Below are positions 50,653 to 64,000 of a stretch of 64,000 nt of DNA, in pieces. The translations under genes were made by a program, and so were the position numbers. This DNA is from Octopus sinensis (taxonomy: Eukaryota), in NCBI RefSeq assembly GCF_006345805.1, contig NC_043014.1, positions 41,292,001 through 41,356,000 of the forward strand, written 5' to 3'. The first letter of the stretch is position 1; every line of letters starts with the position of its first letter. The notes below the pieces were generated by a model that did no database searches, was not told the origin of the DNA, and saw nothing but the letters and a program-made list of their open reading frames with translations.

Positions 50653-51289
50653 ACCGTGTTGAAATATTAGGTTTAGGTTTAGGAATAGATATAGCATCAC
50701 CGATGAAAAGTAGATGGAATGTTGCGAGGTTACAAAACTTTTCTCAAGACCACTAAAAGCGTAAAGGAAACAGCAACAAGGAATCGAAACATGAACACGG
50801 AGTCGGTTCACCTGGAAATATCCCTCCACTGACAAATGCTTACCAATTCTGTATCATTAAAGAACACTCTAGTGTAATAGAAACCTGTAAAGACATTTAT
50901 TAATGGTCGTTTAGTCATTTATTCCTCGTAATATTAAATGTACTGACATGTACTTTAGTAGCTGAGGTTTGTAATGTTAGACAGTACGCTGAAGTCATAC
51001 CGGTTATTGATTTTTCCTGGTGAGAGACTGAGAAATCGATGTTAATAACACTGCTTCGTTGCTTCTTAAAATTGTTTTTAATACATTCTATTTTCGTGTG
51101 TGAGATTTGCACTTGGCACTGTAAATAACTAATCAGCTTCTGTTAATAGATAAGTGCTTGTCCACCGAATCTCTTTTTAGTCTTACCTGATACGATCATC
51201 TTTATAAGGGGCCCGTGATTATAACATGGACTACGGACCGTTGTTATTTATTCTGATTTCAATATTTGATTAACATCTAGAAAAGCATA

Positions 51290-51880
51290 GGAGTAGGCAT
51301 GGCTGTGTTGTAAGCAGCTTGCTTCCCAACCACATGGTTTCAGGTTCAGTCCCACCGCATGGCACCTTGGGCAAGTATCTTCTACTATGGTTTCGGACCA
51401 ACAAAAGCCTTGTGAGTGGATTTAGTTGACGCAAACTAAAAGAAGCCCGTCGTATATATGTATATATATGCATGTGTGTGTGTATATTTTTGTGTGTCTG
51501 TGTTTGTCCCCCCAAAATCGCTTAACAACCGATGCTGGTGTGTTTATGTTCCCGTAACTTAGCGGTTCGGTAAAAGAAACCGATAGAATAAGTACTAGGT
51601 TTACAAACAATAAGTCCTGGGGTCGATTTGTTCGACTTAAGGGGGTGCTCCAGCATGGCCGCACTCAAATATGTGTGTATGTGTCATCGTGTTACTGTTT
51701 GTCCGCCACCCACCGTTTGATAAGCGGTGTTGACCTGTTTAAGTCCCCGTAACTTAGCGGTTCGGCAAAAAGATACCGATAGAATAAGTACCAGGCTTAA
51801 AAAATAAGTCCTGGCGTCCATTTGTTCGCCTAAAATCCTTCAAGGCCGCAGTCAAATGTCTGAAACAAGTAAAAGATAAC
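51290..51880 (+). mobile_element. SINE A with a second 3' half in tandem
   Basis: CCCGTAACTTAGCGGTTCGG..CCGATAGAATAAGTAC occurs twice. Confidence 0.85.
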
Positions 51881-52568
51881 TCAAAGTCGCATTACAAGCG
51901 AGTTAGATGATTTTATTTTGTGATTTTTACATGAGACAATTCAACATCAGTCACGTGATACAAACTCCCGATTATCTTACAATTCAAAACATCGTATGAA
52001 AGAGGTTCTCTTTTTATAGTTAATACCTGAGGATTGGTGCTCCATACAAGAATACTGTGGCAGAGGGGGATTTAAACCCTCATTTTCCGTAATATCGTTT
52101 CTGATGAAGGTCCAAGGCAAGAAATTTTAAGGGAGAGTGAATACTCGATAACAGTATTTTAAGGGAGAGTGAATACTCGATAACAGTATTCGAGTGGTAC
52201 GTAATTTTACCCCAGTATTCGAGTGGTACGTAATTTTATCGACCCGAAAGGATAAAAGGCAAAGTTGAACACGAATGATTTTGCCAGCTCATTCTCACTG
52301 TCAGCCCTTAAAATACAAGCTTCTAAAAGTTGTCCAGGGCTCGTTCGAGATTTTCAGACTTGGTCTTTTGGTTGAAGAAACAACAGTGGGAGCTAAAATC
52401 GAGCTCAGTGTTTGATCAAGGTTTGGTTTGATCAACACCGGCAGGAAGAACATCAGAGCAAATCTCGACAGGATTTGAAACCCATCCGCCATTTTCACGT
52501 TGTTACCTCGAACAATAAGAAAACAGGCAAAACCTTGTTGTTCCAGATTTCTGTTATATGGAATCGTC

Positions 52569-52955
52569 GGATCTTTTCCTTTTCATGGGCAGCTCGATTA
52601 ATTGATTTTCTTGAACTAAGCACTTTGAACTTCGTATACTGGTAGAATGTGTCATATAAAACATCTTTTACTCTCAGCATTGTTGAGAAAAGTTTATATA
52701 ACCGAAATATACACCGCCGGAAGTTATTGTTGACAAACGACAGCAGTAATTTTATTCAGTTGAATACACGTCATTGGTTGGTTGAAATTACCGAAACACG
52801 ACAATTTTAACACGAAATAACTTCGTAAATAAAAACTTTTCTCAAAAACGCTAAGAGTAAAAGATGTTCCTTATGACACATTCTACCAGTATCCGAAGTT
52901 TCAAAGTGTTTAGTTTAAGAAAATTAATTAATCGAGCTGTTCATTTAAAAGATCC
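52569..52955. mobile_element. MITE related to 50259-50652, long TIRs of about 140 bp
   Basis: GGATCTTTT..CAGCTCGATTAATT..TACTGGTAGAATGTGTCATA.. is mirrored at the right end. Shares internal CGTCATTG(A/G)TTGGTTGAAATT with the other MITE. Confidence 0.8.
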
Positions 52956-53034
52956 AAGTCGTCTAAAGAAAATATTTGAAATCTCAAGTTGAACTCCAGC
53001 AATACACTCAGAATTATATGGTAGAACTAAATAA

Positions 53035-53250
53035 GATGATTTCAAATTTTGGCACAAGGCCAGCAATTTCGGGGGAGTTGGGTAAGTCGATTACATCAAC
53101 CCCAGTACTCAACTGGTACTCATTTTATCGACTCCGAAAGGATGAAAGGCAAAGTCGATCTCAGCGGAATTTGAACTTAGATCGTGAAGACGGACGAAAT
53201 GTCGCTAAGCATTTCTCCCGGCATGCTTACGATTCTCTCAGCTCGCCGTC
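53035..53250 (-). mobile_element. SINE B (older subtype with TTTCAAATTTTGGCACAAGGCC end)
   Basis: Family B core match. Confidence 0.8.
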
Positions 53251-54669
53251 TTGGTATGGCTAAATAATATTGAATAACAAAACAAAAAAAAAAAAAGAAA
53301 CAAAACAAAAAAAACACTGTGTCCGCCACGTCCAAGTATTACATTTTAATAGTGTATGAATGCTTTAGATTCTTATCACTGAATTATCACATTTCCTTTA
53401 AAAATAAAACTGGTTCAGACATTTGAGACGAAGGAGCTTTACCTGCTTCCTCGATCGAATTTCCACTATTTACTGCACATAAACCTCCATTTTGTTTCAC
53501 ATTTAATCCCTCATATTGTGATCATATTATATAAGACCCTCTCTCTGGCTCTGTCTCTCCGTCCCTATCTGTCTCTCTCTCACAAATTTCAAATCCCTTG
53601 TATATGCTTTCAGTTCGTATGTTACGTCCAATCATAAAAAATGTTCCATTTCAAACTGTAGTAATAATCTCGATGGCTTTTCAAATCCCAGACGACGATA
53701 TCAAACGTTAAACAACGTTGATTCCAGATGACATGGAAACGTTCATAAATAACCTTATCTAAATCAATTAAATTACTGAAATACGTTTTGCCTTATTATT
53801 GGTCGGATAGTATTAAATGACCTTTACTACATTGTGTTTCTTTTTTGTTTTTGTAATTTTTTTTTATTTTATTGTTAAAATACATACTGAACGTTATTTA
53901 TCTGGGTTGATATTAAATACCTCGGATGACGCCCAATATAAACTTCCCATGGGATTGCGACTGAAAGAGAAGTAAAGGTTACTTTGCATAACAGAATAGC
54001 GGTGCATTATAATCCTTGTCATTTAAAGGATTGTATATTTCTGACTTTGACGCAAGATCTCAAATAAGAAGGGTGGAAATAAGATTACGTGAATTTCAGC
54101 TTCTGAAAGTAGATTAAGTAAATAAAAAAAAAATCTGAAAAACTCGGAAAAACTGCGAACCAAAATAAAATCGAAGATTGAAATTGTCCGTAATTTATAT
54201 CGAATAATCATTTAGAAGATGAAAAAAATAGTATAGGCGTTATGTCCATAAAATCTATAATGTATTAATGATGAAAGTGAAGTGAAATGGGTTTGATTCA
54301 GAATCGAAATAGAATCACAAATTTAACCTACTGTCCGCTGACATTTTGTACACAAACATGTATAACCATGATTGATTAGATGCTACCAGTCGAAAACTTC
54401 GCATACCGGAAGCCAGCAAGAGTATGGAGTCATCAGAAGAGAATGTGCGCCGTTTCGGGGACTATCTCTCGACGACATCGATGCGCACCGGCTCCCCTCA
54501 CTGATATGAGGCCCCGCTCGCTAGACCAACTGGTTATTAAATAAAGCTCACTATTTCTCTAGACATCGCTCATCGTCTCTTTTTAACCAAATCCAGTGGT
54601 TAGCCTTCTCCACTGTAGTCTGGATATCGGTCATGGTGGTATTGACTTTACGATGAGTTAGGCTTACAT

Positions 54670-55102
54670 CGGTTTCAAATTTTGGCACAAGGCCAAGTTT
54701 CGAGGAAGGAACTAAGTCGATTACATTGACTCCGCTTCTAAACTGTTACTTATTGTATCGATTCCGAACGGATGAAAGATAAAGTCGACTTCAGCAGAAA
54801 TTGAACTCAGAACGTAAAGGCGGATGAAATGCCGCTAAACATTTTGCCCGGCGTGCTAACGATTCCGCCATATTCGCCGCCTTGATTATTGCGTGTTTTA
54901 ATATTATTTTGTTTAAGCATATTCTTTCGGGGAAATTCGATTACGTCGACCCAGCACTTAACTAGCACTTTACTTTATCGATCTCGATTGGATGAAAGGC
55001 AAAGCTGACCCCAGTACAATTTGAACTTAAATCATAAAGAGCTAGAAGAAATGTAGCAAAGCACTTTGTCCGAGGCGCTAATGATTTTGCCAAATCGCCG
55101 CC
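54670..55102 (-). mobile_element. Two diverged SINE B copies
   Basis: Family B core match at 54670-54882 and about 54930-55102. Confidence 0.75.
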
Positions 55103-55520
55103 TCATTGTACAAATCGCGAGGAAATACCTTTAGGAAATTTCAACCTTAATGCATTTTGGATAATTTAGAGGAAAACTGTAACAATCTTGCCCTTCTTAC
55201 TATGATTAGTAAATTACAATCTTTCCAAAAGTGCAATGTCAGAGTAAGAATGGAAGTTTGCAACCATCATATGTTTAGTAAATGTCAAAGATATCGATGC
55301 AACTGGGAAACTGATACAAAATCAATGCATGTTATAAATAAAATTGCCAAAGATATATCAATTCTTATAAATACAACAACTATTATAACTATGACAAGTC
55401 GACAGCACTCGCCATATAGTTATAGTGAGAGCTAAACAGTAGAAGCTAGTATCTAGTAAACTGAACAGGAATGGTTGCGTAGATAAGAAATTCGCTTCAA
55501 ATCTACGCGATTTCTGTTTC

Positions 55521-57245
55521 AATCTTACTGCGTGGTACCTTGGAGCAAGTATCTTTTATCTTACTGCGTGGTATCTTGGAGCAAGTATCTTTTATCTTAA
55601 TGCATGGTATCTTGGAGCACGTATCTTTTACCTTACTGCGTGGTACCTAGGAGCAAGTATCTTTTACCTTACTGCGTGGTACCTTGGGGCAAGTATCTTT
55701 TATCTTACTGCGTGGTACCTTGGAGCAAGTATCTTTTATCTTACTGCGTGTACCTTGGAGCAAGTATCTTCTATCTTACTGCGTGGTACCTTGGAGCAAG
55801 TATCTTCTATCTTACTGCGTGGTACCTTGGAGCAAGTATCTTTTATCTTACTGCGTGGTACCTTGGAGCAAGTATCTTTTATCTTACTGCATGGTACCTT
55901 GGAGCAAGTATCTTCTATCTTACTGCGTGGTACCTTGGAGCAAGTATCTTCTATCTTACTGCGTGGTACCTTGGAGCAAGTATCTTTTATCTACTGCGTG
56001 GTACCTTGGAGCAAGTATCTTTTATCTTACTGCGTGGTACCTTGGAGCAAGTATCTTTTATCTTACTGCATGGTACCTTGGAGCAAGTATCTTCTATCTT
56101 ACTGCGTGGTACCTTGGAGCAAGTATCTTCTATCTTACTGCGTGGTACCTTGGAGCAAGTATCTTTTATCTTACTGCGTGGTACCTTGGAGCAAGTATCT
56201 TTTATCTACTGCATGGTACCTTGGAGCAAGTATCTTTTATCTACTGCGTGGTACCTTGGAGCAAGTATCTTCTATCTTACTGCGTGGTACCTTGGGGCAA
56301 GTATCTTTTATCTTACTGCGTGGTACCTTGGAGCAAATATCTTTTATCTTACTGCGTGGTACCTGGAGCAAGTATCTTTTATCTTACTGCGTGGTACCTT
56401 GGAGCAAGTATCTTTTATCTTACTGCGTGGTACCTTGGAGCAAGTATCTTTTATCTTACTGCGTGGTACCTTGGAGCAAGTATCTTTTATCTTACTGCAT
56501 GGTACCTTGGAGCAAGTATCTTTTATCTTACTGCGTGGTACCTTGGAGCAAGTATCTTTTATCTTACTGCGTGGTACCTTGGAGCAAGTATCTTTTATCT
56601 TACTGCGTGGTACCTTGGAGCAAGTATCTTTTATCTTACTGCGTGGTACCTTGGAGCAAGTATCTTTTATCTTACTGCATGGTACCTTGGAGCAAGTATC
56701 TTCTATCTTACTGCGTGGTACCTTGGAGCAAGTATCTTCTATCTTACTGCGTGGTACCTTGGAGCAAGTATCTTTTATCTTACTGCGTGGTACCTTGGAG
56801 CAAGTATCTTTTATCTTACTGCATGGTACCTTGGAGCAAGTATCTTCTATCTTACTGCGTGGTACCTTGGAGCAAGTATCTTCTATCTTACTGCGTGGTA
56901 CCTTGGGGCAAGTATCTTTTATCTTACTGCGTGGTACCTTGGAGCAAATATCTTTTATCTTACTGCGTGGTACCTTGGAGCAAGTATTTTTTATCTTACT
57001 GCGTGGTACCTTGGGGCAAGTATCTTTTATCTTAATGCATGGTACCTTGGAGCAAATATCTTTTATCTTACTGCGTGGTACCTTGGAGCAAGTATCTTTT
57101 ATCTTACTGCGTGGTACCTTGGAGCAAGTATTTTTTATCTTACTACATGGTACCTTGGAGCAAATATCTTTTATCTTACTGCGTGGTACCTTGGTGCAAG
57201 TATCTTTTATCTTACTGCGTGGTACCTTGGAGCAAGTATCTTTTA
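55521..57245 (+). repeat. 36-bp minisatellite (about 48 units) derived from a SINE A segment
   Basis: Unit ATCTTACTGCGTGGTACCTTGGAGCAAGTATCTTTT vs SINE A CCCACTGCGTGGCACCTTGGGCAAGTGTCTTCT. Degenerate SINE head upstream (about 55463) and body downstream (to about 57300). Confidence 0.95.
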
Positions 57246-58208
57246 CCATAGCCTAAATTTGGGCAAAGTGTATGGGGGTAAAATTTGGCAGATGTTAGGG
57301 ACGTTAAATATACAAACGTCTATTTATAGCAAGTTGCATTATTCATTCTCCTGGCTAGAAAAACTAATCTGTCTCCCACTTTCACGCCACAAGGTATTTG
57401 GGAGCCCTTTATCATCGAACAATCGGTTTTGAGAATTTTAGTTGGATCTCCAGTTTGAGGGTAACTTTAATCCGTCCGTCCTTTTAACAATTTTTAAAAG
57501 TCCTGAAAATATTTTATGGGTGCTACTCTTCGCCCTGTGACAGCGCCAGGCAAATAAAATAAAATATATTAAAAAAGACAAAAAACACAGCATCAATCCC
57601 CAGTAGCAAACATTTAAATTTACTAATTCTGGAAAGCGTGAACATCACATTTTCCATTACCATCAAGGTCCATGCTTCATACGAAGTAAGTATGAGGGAG
57701 CTGCAACGTGGTCGACCAATTTGTTCATTATGGCAGCGAAATGTCTGTCTTTGAACTCTGTCCCGTCATTAATATGGGTGGCGCACCTGTTCTATATCTA
57801 AAGAACGAGATGTCCTCAATAACCAGGTTTTTCGATCAACAGTTCTCCTTTGCACGATAAGCAACCTCAATATGACTGACCTGTTGAAGCGGAATTCATT
57901 GGGCTCATCCAACAACAAGCATTAAGCAACTACAAAATCAGCTACAGAGCATACGAGTAATTGTTGCAGATGAATTTGACTCTGAAACAGAGTTTTTGTC
58001 TGTGATTGATTGTATTGAAGTGGTGAATCATTTGTAGATTTGGCAGGAATAGTTGAATGCTTGGTTTGGATGGGAAAGAGTCTGCTCTTGAATGATCTGT
58101 AACGGGTTCCGTGTGGTCCTTCCTTGTGATGAATTTACGTAATTGGTGCCAACTGTAAGAGAAAAAAAACATCGAAATGGTTAATTGAATTAGCTGAGAT
58201 GAAATATA

Positions 58209-58732
58209 CCGTAAATCCTCGAGTATAATCCGCATTTATTTCCCAAAATTTAAAGGTAAAAATTCCTAGTGCGTACTATATACGAGGTTAAAAACGAAAA
58301 ATATCTTCTAAGCAATGTCCAAGTCTCTATTTGCTGTCCGACAATGTTTATTCAGGCGCATTTTGTGATGTCGGGTGCGAAAATACCTTAAGCTAAACCT
58401 GAAAGCAATGAAGTCATAAAAGAATCATCCATAACTTGCAGTAAGCAACATTTATTAAAATAAAAGTATTCAGAACACAGAATAACATGTAACAAAAACA
58501 ATTTGCAAACATTTTTACATTCCCATATAACAGTTAAGAACATCACCATTATTGTATTACGCAGGCGCGGAAGTGTTTGTTCGACTAGGTGCTACTGGCT
58601 TAATTACGCACGACTCAAGTTAAAGAAGTGGTGCGTATTATACACATGTTTAGGTTTTTCAGAGGTACAGCCTCCTAAAAATCATCCCCTGCGTATTATA
58701 CTCAAGGGCGGACTATACTCGAAGATTTACGG
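58209..58732. mobile_element. Tc1/mariner-superfamily (pogo-like) MITE with TA TSD
   Basis: TA|CCGTAAATCCTCGAGTATAATCCGC ... GCGGACTATACTCGAAGATTTACGG|TA, with subterminal TGCGTA(C/T)TATA repeats. Confidence 0.9.
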
Positions 58733-59297
58733 TAATTGTTTGTGGAAAAATTTTCTTGAATAGATTTCAGTACGTCTTTTACGTCTGTAGTGTTATCCTA
58801 CAAAAAGTGCTGATTTTTCATGAGAAAAGTGAGTGATAGATAATATCCAATTTACTAAATCCTTTTTGTAAGATGATATTTTGCTCATTGGAAAAACGTA
58901 GTATTTAGTTTCGTATCATTCGTATCATTGGAATCTGGTGATTTTGTGCTTGTTTTTTATTCTATGAAGTCGATTGAAAATGGAAACAAAAAAGGCTACA
59001 AGTAATATAATGGACTTGATCCTAAGATCATATTCTATCACTACCATGAAATAATATAAATATTTCATATCAACGTGATGATAGTTATTAACTATGAATG
59101 CGATGATGTGTCGTAAATCGGGAAATTATTGAAGGATTTAATACAACGGTGGGTGGGTAATATATTTACTATAATGGGATAGAATGCCAGAATGATAGAT
59201 CCATATATTCCTATATTCATACAGGATGTGGAAATTATTGAATATATATTTACAGTGGAGAAATATATCAATAAGTTCAAGTCGGTGTGTTTTAGCG

Positions 59298-59382
<85 letters not shown>

Positions 59383-59986
59383 ATTTATATATAAAGAACT
59401 CGAAAAAAAAAAGTATCAGGAAGACAGGAAATATAGGATTCTTTTTTTTTTTGGCGTGCGATCGATGTTTCTTGACAAAGGGGTGAACCGTTGTTGTACA
59501 AAGAATGCCGAGAATCTTTCTCAAATTCTTATCTAAATTATTTCCTTCAACATGTTATTGTAATGACGTCCAGGGACATAGCTATGAAAACAAATGCTCG
59601 CGGTAATATTGGTTCCATGCAACGTATTTCCGAAATTCTCGTATCTTCTTATCTTTTTATCAATAAAAATATGAATTTTAATCAATGTAAAGCCTGCTAG
59701 CAATGAAGAGATGCGGATTACTAGCGTATTCATTTAATGGGCTTTGCATCGAATTCTTTAGCAATTTCGCATCGTAATGACACTTATAGGAAAGTAGATA
59801 ATGCAATCTCAAAACACATACTCTTATCTTCCAGGCACGCAGTATATATGTAAATGGCTTATATTTGTTGAAATAACCAAAATACGATAGATTATACGTG
59901 TCTGTTAATAAACACTGTATTTAACATCTGAATGCCGTGTCTTGAATATCCTTATGAAAGTATATCTTGTGCTTGCCATATTCACA

Positions 59987-60042
<56 letters not shown>

Positions 60043-60524
60043 GTGTGTGTGTGTGTTTGTGTATGTGTATGTGTGTGTGAATGTGTGTATATGTGTGTCT
60101 GTGTGTTTGTATGTGCTTGTGTATATACGTAAACACACACACACTCACGCATATACACATATATATATGATATATACATAGATGGACTTATTTATGTTTG
60201 CATACTTGTATACACACAGGCTTACATACATGCCTTCAAGCAGACATACGCACATGCATATACACACACGTTAGGATACCCTCACGCACACACACATATA
60301 CGTACACACACACACGCACACATACACACAGAAACAGAATCTTAGTGCTTAAGACTACGACTGAAATATCTGATGTTCGTTAGAAATATTCCCAGTGGGG
60401 TTAACGAATCATATTTAGATTTCTGATCAAAGTGAATAGACTATAGATTGTTCAGCATTCTCAGGACGTCAGAGGAAGAGAGAGATAGTGATAGAGATTG
60501 ATAGATAGATAGATAGATAGATAC

Positions 60525-60567
<43 letters not shown>

Positions 60568-61312
60568 AAGAGTAGCAACAGAAATGATCGCTTCCTACAG
60601 TTCTTTGTCATACAATGTATTTAAGGAAGGGTTAAACATTTCTCATACTAGCATTTTATATGATTGTAGATTTGATAGTTTGTTATTCAAGCATTCAGCA
60701 ACAGGGAATTTATTCAGGTAAAAGTTTTCATTTAGCTTTCTCTTACAGTTAACCTTTTAAACCTTTCCTGGAATATTTAATGTAGTTTTAAAGAAAATCT
60801 GATTCTCAGATTCTGAATATGTTCATAACAAGTACGAATACATGGCTCAAAGTATAATTTCCCAAGAAATATTTACTTTGGTTGAGTTGGATGGAGAAGC
60901 TGGGAAAACTTGGAAAAGTAAAAGTAGAGGTAATTCAATAGATTCATAAAAGCAAAATGGTATATGAACAATAAGAAACTGAATGATAGAATTTATAATA
61001 GAGATAAGACTTGTTAAAAATAGCAAATCAATTACAACAGGCAAAATATTTTGTTTTATTCGTTTAGTTGACAAGAGAGTCCCCGAGGCTATTAAATTCA
61101 GAAACATTTATTGAATCAAATGAAGTAAAGAAAAATCTCGGATTCACTATAGATGAAAACAACGGGCAAAGAAATTGGATACAAAATCTCTTTAAATAGT
61201 TGTTCTACAACGAGATAGATAATTTTTAGAATCTGACTGACTACTTTTATAATAAAGACATACATACCATAACAATGTACCGAATAAATACAATTTACTC
61301 ATGCATACATGA

Positions 61313-61313
61313 A

Positions 61314-61411
<98 letters not shown>

Positions 61412-61449
61412 CCTATGTGTCTATCTATCTGTCTATCTATCTATCAATA

Positions 61450-61487
<38 letters not shown>

Positions 61488-61512
61488 CCTGTCTACCTAT
61501 CTGTCTCTATCG

Positions 61513-61602
<90 letters not shown>

Positions 61603-61772
61603 TTATCTATCTATCTGTCTGTCTGTATGTCTGTCTATCTATCTATCTATCTATACATGAACACATATGTACATTCATCCATCCATCATATATATATGCA
61701 TACATACATGCATGTGTGTATATATATGCACACATACATATATGCATGTGTGTTTGTATGTGTGTGTGTGTG
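61313..61772. repeat. (TATC)n and TA/TG microsatellites
   Basis: Direct observation. Confidence 0.95.
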
Positions 61773-62052
61773 AACTATAAACAAACGATTTTAGGAGACG
61801 GACACACCATTTAATTTGCTATACACAACGATAAATGTCGATTATACAGAAATCATTTGTAGATGTCGACTATTATATGTAAATGTTGATAAAATGTTAA
61901 CAAGCACAATACGGTCTTTAGCTATTGTCAGACTCGTCTCTGTCAACAGAATGAATCAGTCGGGATAGCAGCTTGGTGAGATAGGTGCTGGTACAATTTG
62001 TAAATCTTCACTTAATTTTCAACTGCAATTTATTACTGTGAATTTAATTGTT

Positions 62053-62685
62053 GGAGCGGAGTCGGCTGTGTGTGGCTTTGTGTGGCTATTTCGACAAGTG
62101 TCTTCTGCTATATCTTCAGGCCGACCAAAGTGAGTGGATTTGGTAGACGGAAACTGAAAGGAGTCCGTTGTATATATGTGTAAGAGTTTATAGGTATGTA
62201 TGTGTGTGTTTATGTGTCTGTGTTTGTTTTCCACCACCACCACTTGATAACTGGTGTTGGCGGGTTTACGTCCCCGTAACTTAGCGGCTCTGCAAAATGG
62301 GCCGGTAGACTAAGTACCAAGCTTAAAAGATATAAATACTGGTGTCGATTCTGTTTCTTTACTACCCACAAGGGGCTAAACATAGAGGGGACAAACAAGG
62401 ACAGACAAACGGATTAAGTCGATTACATCGACCCCACTACACAACTGGTACTTAATTTATCGACCCCGAAATGATGAAAGGCAAAGTTGATCTCGGCGGA
62501 ATTTGAACTCAGAATTTAACGGCAGACAAAATACGGCTACGCATTTCGCCCGGTGTGCTAACGTTTCTGGCAGCTCGCCGCCTTAAACTGGTGTCGATTC
62601 ATCCGACTAAAGAATCTTCAAGGCCCTACTTCGGCATGGCCGCAGTCTAATAACTGAGATATGTAAAAGATAAAAGGTAAAAGAT
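62053..62685 (+). mobile_element. Diverged SINE A with SINE B (-, 62354-62582) nested in its tail, 14-bp TSD
   Basis: ACTGGTGTCGATTC at 62338-62351 and 62587-62600 flanks the B copy. Confidence 0.9.
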
Positions 62686-62812
62686 TAGAACCTATGTAAT
62701 CGTATAACAACCAGGATAAGACAACCAGTGTTATCGATACAAAGTGGTCAGTTGATGAAGATAAGGACACTGTTTTTGTATCAAAACCGTAAGAGCAATA
62801 TTTTTAAATCTT

Positions 62813-63091
62813 TTTTTTTTTCGCGCTTTCAAGTCTAGTCAGGCTCACGGGCCCGGTTTCTGTGGCGTATGTGTTCTCCCCAGCTGGACGGGACTCCAGT
62901 CCATCGCAGCGTTACTCAAGAAACAGGAAGAGAGAGTTGTGGCGAAAGAGTACACCAGGGGTCGCCACCACCCCCTACCGGAGCATCGTGGAGCTTTTGG
63001 GTGTTTTCGCTCAATAAACACACACCACGCCCGGTCTGGGAATCGAAACCGTGAGTCCGCTGCCCTAACCACTCGGCCATTGCGCCTCCAC
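62813..63091 (-). mobile_element. SINE C (tail type 3, poly-A) with 13-bp TSD
   Basis: ATTTTTAAATCTT at 62800-62812 and 63092-63104. Tail matches 14415-14523. Confidence 0.9.
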
Positions 63092-63978
63092 ATTTTTAAA
63101 TCTTCAACTGTTATAATTCTCTTCGTCGACTCTAAATGTTACAATACGAGATGAGTTCAATTCCAGGCTTTTACGCAGTGCAAAATGTTTATTTACCTGT
63201 CAGTATATGTCTTGACTCTTTGTGTTTGGCAGGAAAGTCAGTATCCGATGACCCTTTAGGCTTTTACAGGGCCTTCGAGTATGGTGGGAAGAAAGGAGGA
63301 TATACGACTGTACCGCCGGATATCCGATTCAAATGCATGTAATAGAGCAGACACCTATAAATTTCCCAAGGTGCCTGGGATGGTGCTAAACCAGGTGATG
63401 TTTTAAGTCTGCCACAAAGTCCCGATAGAGTTTGAACTCAGCATGCAAAGAGGCACAGGGAATATCGCAAGATATCCAGCTCAATGGTCTTACATTTCTG
63501 TCAATTAACCGCCTTGGAGCGGAACTTTTTTTTAACGATCCCGAAAGAATGAAAAGAAAAGTTGATCTAGGCGAAATTCGAACTTAAAACGCTGAGAGTT
63601 AAAACATATGCAGAGAGGTATCCGACGTTCTAATGACATTGATAATTGGCCGTCTAGACACGCTACAGTGAGCTGAGGTAAATAACGTATTGCAGTGTAT
63701 AACAGACTGGAATTGAGCTCTTTAAGGTCTACGAAGAAAATTACAACAATTACAAAACTATGTGAAGTTCTCTACTATATCGTTTAGTTCTTTTAGATCT
63801 ATAGTTAACCTAGTAGGTGACTTTGGCAGGTGTAACACAGACTTACATGAGTGCTTTATGATGTGATTAGAGCTGTGGATATTAACAGTAATGCCGTATG
63901 AGATGGCTATGGTGTGTAATAAATCATCATGCGTCACGAAACGTCGCAAATCTCACGTGGAAAAGACTGAGTTATCAC

Positions 63979-64000
63979 AGGCGTGGCTGTGTGGTAAGAA
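63979..64000 (+). mobile_element. Start of another SINE A (cut by window edge)
   Basis: GGCGTGGCTGTGTGGTAAGAA. Confidence 0.6.

Noticed and set aside
52100-52125. CTGATGA..GAAA hammerhead
   Set aside because: No stem II or stem I pairing. Lies at the edge of a decayed SINE B that has small tandem duplications.
55604-57432. 300-580 aa repeat-protein ORFs
   Set aside because: Translations of a stop-free 36-bp minisatellite derived from a SINE. Open in several frames, with frameshifting 35-bp units.

Overview
AT-rich, repeat-saturated animal genomic DNA. The tRNA-SINE families, microsatellite load and TTAGGG tracts look like an octopod cephalopod (inference, not verified). No intact long CDS exists. 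Nearly every long ORF in the track is a translation of a microsatellite or minisatellite. The window contains: (1) about 40 copies or fragments of four tRNA-derived SINE types, called A-D here; (2) 3' fragments of CR1/L2-group, RTE-like and R4/Dong-like LINEs; (3) decayed Tc1, mariner and maT-like DNA transposons plus three MITEs; (4) short Penelope-like termini carrying minimal hammerhead ribozyme motifs next to (TA)n; (5) several fold-back palindromes and minisatellites, one born inside a SINE; (6) a 100-N gap; and (7) two candidate + strand micro-exons at 29485-29657, suggesting the window is intron of a large gene. The most notable items are the hammerhead-bearing inverted pair at 37514-39380, a circularly permuted copy of a nested SINE composite (48891-49410 vs 62326-62644), a LINE sharing its 3' stem-loop tail with SINE A, and (TAA)n-targeted R4/Dong-like insertions. 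Repeat boundaries are approximate, to within about 10-20 bp.
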